Below are positions 6,141 through 12,965 of a stretch of DNA of 26,967 bases, in pieces (position 1 is the first letter of the stretch; every line of letters starts with the position of its first letter). A program made the translations under genes and the position numbers. The notes beneath the pieces were generated by a model that was given only the letters and a program-made list of their open reading frames with translations, was not told the origin of the DNA and did no database searches. The stretch comes from a virus (taxonomy: Duplodnaviria; Caudoviricetes): the IMG/VR virus record IMGVR_UViG_3300032243_001851, positions 1 to 26,967 of that record; one strand, given 5' to 3'.

Positions 6141-6270
6141 GTGCCAAATAAAAAAAATCTTCGGCATACCACTTGCGTCAAAACTTGCCATAAGTCCTTA
6201 CCCCATAAAGACTTATGAAAAATTTTCGGGGGCTGGTCTATCCTAAGTTGTTGTTATCATTAGGTTTAGG
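6141..6270. repeat. composite intergenic element copy 6
   Basis: CGGCAT-ACCAC-TTGC at 6162-6176; palindromes at 6189-6217 and 6242-6270. Confidence 0.9.
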
Positions 6271-6373
6271 GGGTTTTTTTGTTTTGCTTATAAGATCAGT
6301 AGAATTTGTGAAAATCCCCCGGTGGTCCAAAAACAATAAGCATCCCATATATAATTGGCCAGTTTAATAGCCA

Positions 6374-7618
6374 CTATTTATTAATCTTTCCACTCCATAC
6401 CACATTATTCCCCACTTTCACCACTACGCTATTTTCCCCCTTATGAAACCAAGTTGATGCTAGCCCCACATTAAATCCATGATAACTTGACCCTAACTGA
6501 TATTTAAGATCAGGTCTGTAATTATTAGCTATCGCCAACCTTATTACTTTATCATTTATTAAAATCTTTACCACTACTGGCTTGCTTCCACTAGAGCTAT
6601 CAAATGCCCATCCCTTGATCTGCTTCAAAGATAAAACTTCTACATTTCCCACCGGCACACTAACAACTGGTTGAGCCGCCACAGTTTGGGGAACAGATGG
6701 AGCACTTGTGCTTATAACAGGAGATTGAGACACTTTAAAAACTAAACTGTTATTTAAGATTCCCCCAGTTCCCACCCTGTCTATTAGCCCCCCGTTCTGC
6801 TCAACAGAGCTAAAGATATAACTTTTTACAGAGCTAACATTCCACGATGGATTTTTATCTCTCAAATAAGCCACAGCATCAGATACTATTGGAGTTGAAA
6901 AACTAGTTCCAGAGAAATATCCAAAAGTATTATTTAAAGACGATGAATATACGCTATTGCCAAAAGTTCCCAAATCCACACTATTTTTTCCATAATTGGA
7001 ATATCCTGCTAAAGTTCCATCACTATTAACAGAGGCCACACTAATAATATTAGAGCAATCATAAGAACTTGGATATCTTGGAGTCACATCATTATTAGAA
7101 GAACTATTACCAGCAGCCGCCACAAAAACTATATCGTTAGCTGCTGCCCTATTAATACTATCATATAATAAACTAGAATATCCCGTAGTTCCGCCCCAAC
7201 TAGCATTAATAACCCCCACATTAACATGATAATCTTTCTTCATCATATTAGCATAATCAATTGCCCTTATAGCATCCCCCGTAAATCCCACCCCCTGACT
7301 ATTCTGAAATTTTAAAATCATTATACTATCAACATTATTAGCAGATGCTAACCCCGCCACAGCAGTCCCATGACCATATCCATCCCCCACATTATTGTTA
7401 TTATCTGCAAAATTCCACCCATGAATATCATCTATATATCCATTGTGATCATTATCAATATTATCCCCTGGAATTTCCCCAGGATTAGTCCACAAATGAG
7501 AGCTAATATATGAACTATTAATATCAGCCCCACTATCAACCACCGCCACCACAGTACTAGAAACTGATAATACTCTTTTAGATTCTAAGCTTTCAAAGCT
7601 CAAAATGCTTTTCTGCAT
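6374..7618 (-). CDS. subtilisin-family (S8) serine protease with planctomycete extracellular N-terminal signature
   Basis: Catalytic motifs VAVVDSG, HGTAVAG, AAAGN, SGTSFSTP; N-terminal LSFESLESKRVLS; start moved to ATG 7618 (AAAGGA SD). Confidence 0.9.
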   Translation of the reverse strand: MQKSILSFESLESKRVLSVSSTVVAVVDSGADINSSYISSHLWTNPGEIPGDNIDNDHNGYIDDIHGWNFADNNNNVGDGYGHGTAVAGLASANNVDSIMILKFQNSQGVGFTGDAIRAIDYANMMKKDYHVNVGVINASWGGTTGYSSLLYDSINRAAANDIVFVAAAGNSSSNNDVTPRYPSSYDCSNIISVASVNSDGTLAGYSNYGKNSVDLGTFGNSVYSSSLNNTFGYFSGTSFSTPIVSDAVAYLRDKNPSWNVSSVKSYIFSSVEQNGGLIDRVGTGGILNNSLVFKVSQSPVISTSAPSVPQTVAAQPVVSVPVGNVEVLSLKQIKGWAFDSSSGSKPVVVKILINDKVIRLAIANNYRPDLKYQLGSSYHGFNVGLASTWFHKGENSVVVKVGNNVVWSGKINK

Positions 7619-7701
7619 GATGGAGTCCTTTCGTGTTGAGAGTCCAGTCACAACATATAGTGGTTTATATACGAAGAAACCACAAGATCAAGAGTTTTTA
7701 T

Positions 7702-7733
7702 AAAAAAAGGCAGGCTAAGCGCCCACCTTTCTT
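7702..7733 (-). terminator. intrinsic terminator
   Basis: Minus strand GGTGGGC-GCTTA-GCCTGCC followed by 7 T, downstream of 7759..7974. Confidence 0.7.
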
Positions 7734-7758
7734 TACTTATAATAATTCATATTAAATT

Positions 7759-7974
7759 TTATGTATTATCACTATTGCTTAAACTAGTTTTCTTTCGTCG
7801 TCCACGAGGCTTAACAATACCTAGCTTTCTTCGTTGACGCCTAATCATACTAGTAGTAACAGCTTCTGAGGTCATTTCGCTTAGCTTTTTAGCTAGCTCT
7901 TCATCACTAAAACCGGCTAAATTGTCCTTAATATAACTTAGTTCAGCATCATTCCATCTTTTATAAGTGGCCAT
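7759..7974 (-). CDS. small HTH-like DNA-binding protein
   Basis: W...E..YI....SDEELAKKL....T..MIRRQRRKLGI pattern; start moved to MATYKRW (AAGGA SD). Confidence 0.7.
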   Translation of the reverse strand: MATYKRWNDAELSYIKDNLAGFSDEELAKKLSEMTSEAVTTSMIRRQRRKLGIVKPRGRRKKTSLSNSDNT

Positions 7975-7988
7975 AAAATACTTCCTTT

Positions 7989-8016
7989 TTGACAAAAAGT
8001 GTACAAATCATAGTAT
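7989..8016 (+). promoter_or_regulatory. sigma70-type promoter for the rightward operon
   Basis: TTGACA-16-TAGTAT in the divergent intergenic gap. Confidence 0.55.
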
Positions 8017-8054
8017 ATAGTATACCATGACCAATTTAAAGCAAGAGGTTATCT

Positions 8055-8216
8055 ATGGATATTGACCACATTACCCCATCGGTGCTACACGTTACCGCTA
8101 AAGAAAACTTAAATATAGAACAAGATTTATTGGCCGTTCAAAACAAAAGCATATCTCAACTAGTTGAAGAACAAGCTAATGAAGAAAAAGAAGAATCTCA
8201 GTCCCAAGAAGGTTGA
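8055..8216 (+). CDS. 53-aa acidic protein
   Basis: MDIDHITPSVLHVTAKENLNIEQDLL...EEKEESQSQEG; GAGG SD; not in the track. Confidence 0.55.
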   Translation: MDIDHITPSVLHVTAKENLNIEQDLLAVQNKSISQLVEEQANEEKEESQSQEG

Positions 8217-8808
8217 TGAGCAGGAATTTCTTAATATTGTTAATATAATAGCCAAAAAATTAGCTTATAAATTTAAATTTGGCTATCATGATTTTGACGA
8301 TATGAAACAGCAAATTAGTATTTTTGCTTTAGAAGGACTTAAAAATTACGACCATAAAAGACCACTAGAAAACTTTTTGTGGACCCACGTTCGTAATCGC
8401 TTATTCAACTATAAAAGGGATAATTACCAAAGACCAGACAAACCATGTTTAACTTGTCCACTATATGATGCTAAGTGCAAAAAGAGTATTAGTGGATGTT
8501 TAGAATATTCTAATAAAAACGATTGTGAGCTATATTCATCTTGGACAGAAAGAAATTTAACCAAAAAAAATCTTATGCATCTTACCACCATAGATGAAAT
8601 TAAAGATTATTCTAATACTTTTACTAGTGACGATAATTCTATACTCAACAATATATCATCCAAAGAAATTTTTAATTTAATAGAAGAACATTTAATAGGA
8701 GATGAAAGAGTAACCTACTTAAAAGTCAAGTCGGGCAGCAAAGTTAGCAAAGCTGATATGAGTAAACTCACCATTAAACTCAAAGAAATTATGAAAAATC
8801 ATGGCTAA
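8179..8808 (+). CDS. phage sigma-factor-like protein (sigma70 region 2) with Cys-rich insert
   Basis: DDMKQQISIFALEGLKNYD..RPLENFLWTHVRNRLFNYKR matches the sigma region 2 pattern; start uncertain (8164 or 8179). Confidence 0.7.
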   Translation: MKKKKNLSPKKVDEQEFLNIVNIIAKKLAYKFKFGYHDFDDMKQQISIFALEGLKNYDHKRPLENFLWTHVRNRLFNYKRDNYQRPDKPCLTCPLYDAKCKKSISGCLEYSNKNDCELYSSWTERNLTKKNLMHLTTIDEIKDYSNTFTSDDNSILNNISSKEIFNLIEEHLIGDERVTYLKVKSGSKVSKADMSKLTIKLKEIMKNHG

Positions 8809-9613
8809 AAAACGCGGACAACTTAGCTTAGACGAAGAACAATTTATTAGAGAAAATATAAATATATTATCTATAGAAGAAATAGCTAATAATCTTAATC
8901 GCAATATAGATCCTATTAAAAGATATATTGATGAAGAGCAACTATATAGCTTGGATGATAAAAGTGAGAATGAGATACTAAAACGCAAGTTGCATAGTAA
9001 AACTTTCTGGAACGAGGTTCAACGCCAATTTGATCAAGATACGGGCGAACTAGCATATTTTGAAGATACGTGGGTTGGCCTTATTAAACAGTTTAGAGAA
9101 GATGTTCTTCCTGCTGAAGAAATGCAGATCAAACAATTTATCACTATTGATATATTGATTAATAGAAGCATGAAAGAGCGCAAGAGACATATTGCAGAAA
9201 CTGAGAAACTGCAAAAATTAGTAGATAAAGAATATGAAAAAAGCGAAGACCAAAGAGATATTCCAAAATTAGCCAACCTAGAATCTCAATTAAGTTTTGC
9301 TCGTAATAGTATTGCTAGTTATACTAATGAGTATACCAAATTATTAAATGAACAACAAAAAATTAGCAAAGATCTTAAGGCCACACGAGAGCAAAGAATC
9401 AAAAGAATAGAAGATGGCAAAAGTAGTTGGGTGGGTTTGATTCGCATGCTAGAAGATGAACAAATAAGAGAAAAAGAAGGCAAAGAGATGGTTATATTAT
9501 CTTTGGCTACCGACAAGGCTAAACAAAAACTTTATGAATACCACGAATTTGCTGATCGCAAAATAGATTCACCCATATTAAGTCCAGAGGCTTTAGACTC
9601 TCATGACTCGTAA
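8801..9613 (+). CDS. coiled-coil protein, possible small terminase subunit
   Basis: N-terminal HTH-like segment plus long helical region; function inferred from position only. Confidence 0.4.
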   Translation: MAKKRGQLSLDEEQFIRENINILSIEEIANNLNRNIDPIKRYIDEEQLYSLDDKSENEILKRKLHSKTFWNEVQRQFDQDTGELAYFEDTWVGLIKQFREDVLPAEEMQIKQFITIDILINRSMKERKRHIAETEKLQKLVDKEYEKSEDQRDIPKLANLESQLSFARNSIASYTNEYTKLLNEQQKISKDLKATREQRIKRIEDGKSSWVGLIRMLEDEQIREKEGKEMVILSLATDKAKQKLYEYHEFADRKIDSPILSPEALDSHDS

Positions 9614-9872
9614 TTACCAAGATCCAGAATATAAAAAATGGAGAGCCTATATCTACAGAAGAGATAAATTTCAATGTCAATGGCCATATTGTAAACAAAA
9701 AAATAAATTACACGCCCACCATATTCATAAGTGGGCCGATTTTCCCGGCTTAAGATACCACACAAACAATGGAATCACTCTTTGCAAAACTCATCATGAT
9801 CTTATCAAGAACAATGAAGAAAGTTATGCTCCGTTTTTTTTAAAACTTTTATTAAATAAGGATAAAAAATGA
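9603..9872 (+). CDS. HNH endonuclease
   Basis: RDKFQCQWPYC...HAHHI...NGITLCKTHH. Confidence 0.9.
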   Translation: MTRNYQDPEYKKWRAYIYRRDKFQCQWPYCKQKNKLHAHHIHKWADFPGLRYHTNNGITLCKTHHDLIKNNEESYAPFFLKLLLNKDKK

Positions 9873-10444
9873 AACTAAATAAAGAAATAACTATTATTCC
9901 TCCATCATATTTAATGAATGATCAAATAGTTCATCCTAATCCATTAAAAATAGAATATTTAAAAATTTCATATATTGATATTCCTGTAGATCAATTAGTT
10001 TATGCTACAATAGAAAACTTTCCAGCAGGTTTTTTACTTTGGCAAAATGATGACTATATTAATATTGGAGATTGGACACAAGCTCAAGCAGATGCCAGAA
10101 TACAACAATTTTTAGGAAACAGCCCCCATACTATACTAAGTAGTTTATTTCCATTAACGGGCGACAGCAATCCTAATGGAGCAGGATCTATTTTATCAGG
10201 AATGCTTAGTACTATTGGTATTAATAGTTCTCCAACGTGCGGGTGCAAAAAACATATTAAAGAGATGAATCTAAGAGGGCCAGACTGGTGCGAATCTAAT
10301 TTAGATACTATTGTAGGATGGTTAAAAAACGAAGCTGAAAAAAGAAAATTACCATTTGTGGAAATGGTGGCCAAAGCTATTGTGCGTAGCGCTATTAAAA
10401 AATCTAAGCGTCTCCTTAAAAAAACAGAGGCGCTGAATGTATAA
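9869..10444 (+). CDS. hypothetical protein with C-terminal CGC...MN..GPDWC motif
   Basis: ORF overlapping both neighbours. Confidence 0.7.
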   Translation: MKLNKEITIIPPSYLMNDQIVHPNPLKIEYLKISYIDIPVDQLVYATIENFPAGFLLWQNDDYINIGDWTQAQADARIQQFLGNSPHTILSSLFPLTGDSNPNGAGSILSGMLSTIGINSSPTCGCKKHIKEMNLRGPDWCESNLDTIVGWLKNEAEKRKLPFVEMVAKAIVRSAIKKSKRLLKKTEALNV

Positions 10445-10916
10445 ACAAGATGAATTTACAATTATAGTAGATACTAGAGAACAAATTCCGTGGGAGTTTG
10501 GATTTCATACTACCAGTAAAAGGAAGCTGGATACTGGAGACTATAGTATGGAAGGATATGAAAGCTTATTTACTATAGAAAGAAAAAGAAGCGTTAGCGA
10601 AATTGCTAATAATATCACCGAACCACGATTTAAAGATGTATTAAGCAGAATGTCAAAAATACCACACTCTTTTATGATATTAGAATTTAGTATTGATGAT
10701 ATTTATCAATTTCCAGTTGGAAGCGATATCCCGAAAAAGATGTGGGATAAACTTAAAATATCTGGCAACTATATTATGAAATATTTAGTACAAGCTCAAT
10801 TAAATCATAATATTCATATTTTATTTTGTGGATCTTCTGAGAATGCAGAGCGAACAGCTGTTAGTATAATGAAAAGAATTTATGAAAAATACTCTAGCAA
10901 ATCTAACAACATATGA
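10437..10916 (+). CDS. ERCC4/XPF-type nuclease domain protein
   Basis: IIVDTREQ, LDTGDY and IERKRSVSE match ERCC4 motifs (VD.RE, GDY, ERK). Confidence 0.85.
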   Translation: MYKQDEFTIIVDTREQIPWEFGFHTTSKRKLDTGDYSMEGYESLFTIERKRSVSEIANNITEPRFKDVLSRMSKIPHSFMILEFSIDDIYQFPVGSDIPKKMWDKLKISGNYIMKYLVQAQLNHNIHILFCGSSENAERTAVSIMKRIYEKYSSKSNNI

Positions 10917-12918
10917 TAATGCTTGGCTTGGTCTAGGAGATCTAGCCAATATAGCTATCGACCACAACCCTATGGTGGGACGAAGCAAAGAAGATATAGA
11001 AAATCCAGATCTACATTTATTAAGATTATTACATAATCCTCAATATTTTGGTTCTACCTGTAAATTACTATTTGGAATAGAATTACATCCTATACAAATA
11101 GCTATATTACAAGAATTTTGGATTAGACCATTTCCCATGTTTATTGCTAGCCGTGGTTTTGGCAAAAGCTTTATTATGGCTTTATATTGCGTATTAAAAT
11201 GTACGTTTGTACCGGGAACTAAAATAGTTGTGGTAGGTGCTGCTTTTAGACAAAGTAAAATTATCTTTGAGTATATGGAAACTATATGGCGTAATAGTCC
11301 TATTTTGAGAAGCATCTTTAATGGTAATGATGATGGTCCTAGACGAGATGTTGATAGATGCACTATAAGACTAGGTGAAAGCTGGACTATAGCAGTACCG
11401 ATGGGTGATGGTAGCAAAATTAGAGGTTTAAGAGCGCATATTATTATTGCAGACGAATTTGCATCAATTTCTCCTGATATTTATGAGACAGTAGTATCCG
11501 GGTTCGCAGCAGTAAGTGCTAGTCCAATTCAAAACGTTAAAGAAGAAGCTAAAAAACAAGCTATGATTCAGGCTGGTTTATGGAGCAATGAATTAGAAGC
11601 TATACAGATAAAAAAGGGGAATCAAGCTATAATTGCTGGAACTGCTGATTATAGTTTTAAACACTTTGCTTCATATTGGCAAAGATATAAAGCTATTATT
11701 AATAGTAGAGGAGATCGTAATAAATTAGAAGAAATTTTTAAGGGAGAAATACCAGATAGTTTTAACTGGAAAGATTACAGCATTATAAGAATGCCTTATG
11801 AATTAATACCAAAGGGCTTCATGGATGATAAACAGGTGAGCAGAGCCAAGGCCACTATACATAGCGGTATTTATAATATGGAATATGCTGCGTGTTTTAC
11901 AGAAGACAGCGACGGATTTTTTAGGCGCAGCTTAATTGAAAGTTGTGTAACCAATGAAACTAAACCCATCATTATTAATAATCAACCTATTATTTTTGAT
12001 GTGGCTACCAAGGGTAGCTCTGATCTTCAATATGTTTATGGTATCGATCCAGCTTCAGAAAAAGATAATTTTAGTATTATTATTTTAGAAGTACATCCCG
12101 ATCATAGTCGCATAGTTTATGGATGGACTACAAATCGTAATAATTTTAAAGATAGACAAAAAACAGGACTAGTAAATGAGCATGATTTTTATGGTTTTTG
12201 TGCTAGAAAAATAAGAAATTTAATGAAAACATTTCCTTGTATGAAAATTGGTATGGATGCTCAGGGTGGTGGTGTCGCTATAGAAGAAGCTTTACATGAT
12301 CCTGGCAAAATTGAAGAGGGTGAACTATTAATCTGGCCGGTGATTGATCCTGAGAAACCTAAAGACACAGATGATCAACAGGGAAGCCATATTTTAGAAC
12401 TGGTGCAATTTGCGAGAGCAGATTGGACAGCTCAAGCTAATCACGGTTTAAGAAAAGACTTAGAAGATAAAGTATTATTATTTCCACGATTTGATCAAGT
12501 AAGCTTAGCACTAGCATTAGATCGAGAAAATAAAGATATTATGACAGCAGATATGACCAATCTTTATGATTGTGAAAGTGAATGTATTTTAGAAATAGAA
12601 GAGCTAAAAAATGAATTGACCACTATAGTTATGACACAAACTAGCACAGGTCCTAATGCTAGAGATCGTTGGGATACTCCAGAAATTAAATTACCAAATG
12701 GTAAAAAGGGTAAACTTAGAAAAGACCGTTATAGTGCTTTAATAATAGCTAATATGTTAGCTAGACAAATTAGCCGCACATTACAGCCAATAAATTATGA
12801 GATAATTGGTAATAATTTGAATTTAGTAGAAAAAAAAGATGGTCAAATGTATAAAGGACCAAACTGGTTTACTGAAAATGCTAACTCTAATATATATACA
12901 GGCGTTTATCGTCGTTAA
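10882..12918 (+). CDS. terL: terminase large subunit
   Basis: Walker A SRGFGKS, Walker B IIIADE after IRGLRA, nuclease GIDPA and KDRYSA. Confidence 0.92.
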   Translation: MKNTLANLTTYDNAWLGLGDLANIAIDHNPMVGRSKEDIENPDLHLLRLLHNPQYFGSTCKLLFGIELHPIQIAILQEFWIRPFPMFIASRGFGKSFIMALYCVLKCTFVPGTKIVVVGAAFRQSKIIFEYMETIWRNSPILRSIFNGNDDGPRRDVDRCTIRLGESWTIAVPMGDGSKIRGLRAHIIIADEFASISPDIYETVVSGFAAVSASPIQNVKEEAKKQAMIQAGLWSNELEAIQIKKGNQAIIAGTADYSFKHFASYWQRYKAIINSRGDRNKLEEIFKGEIPDSFNWKDYSIIRMPYELIPKGFMDDKQVSRAKATIHSGIYNMEYAACFTEDSDGFFRRSLIESCVTNETKPIIINNQPIIFDVATKGSSDLQYVYGIDPASEKDNFSIIILEVHPDHSRIVYGWTTNRNNFKDRQKTGLVNEHDFYGFCARKIRNLMKTFPCMKIGMDAQGGGVAIEEALHDPGKIEEGELLIWPVIDPEKPKDTDDQQGSHILELVQFARADWTAQANHGLRKDLEDKVLLFPRFDQVSLALALDRENKDIMTADMTNLYDCESECILEIEELKNELTTIVMTQTSTGPNARDRWDTPEIKLPNGKKGKLRKDRYSALIIANMLARQISRTLQPINYEIIGNNLNLVEKKDGQMYKGPNWFTENANSNIYTGVYRR

Positions 12919-12920
12919 TT

Positions 12921-12934
12921 GTGTATATAAGTAT
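12921..12934 (+). promoter_or_regulatory. putative late promoter (GTGTAT box)
   Basis: Same hexamer at 15132, 15984, 18177, 23436 and 26133, each upstream of a start codon. Confidence 0.55.
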
Positions 12935-12965
12935 AAACATATTGTAAAGCTATTATAAAACTATT

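Noticed and set aside
733-6270. Repeats as a CRISPR array
   Set aside because: Copies are degenerate, hundreds of bp apart with genes between them, and no cas genes are present.
733-6270. Repeats as integron attC sites
   Set aside because: No consistent RYYYAAC...GTTRRRY ends, poor long-stem pairing, and no integrase in the window.
733-6270. Palindromes as canonical dif/pdif sites
   Set aside because: The core is 7 bp and differs between copies, and the arms do not match XerC/XerD consensus; kept only as a loose analogy.
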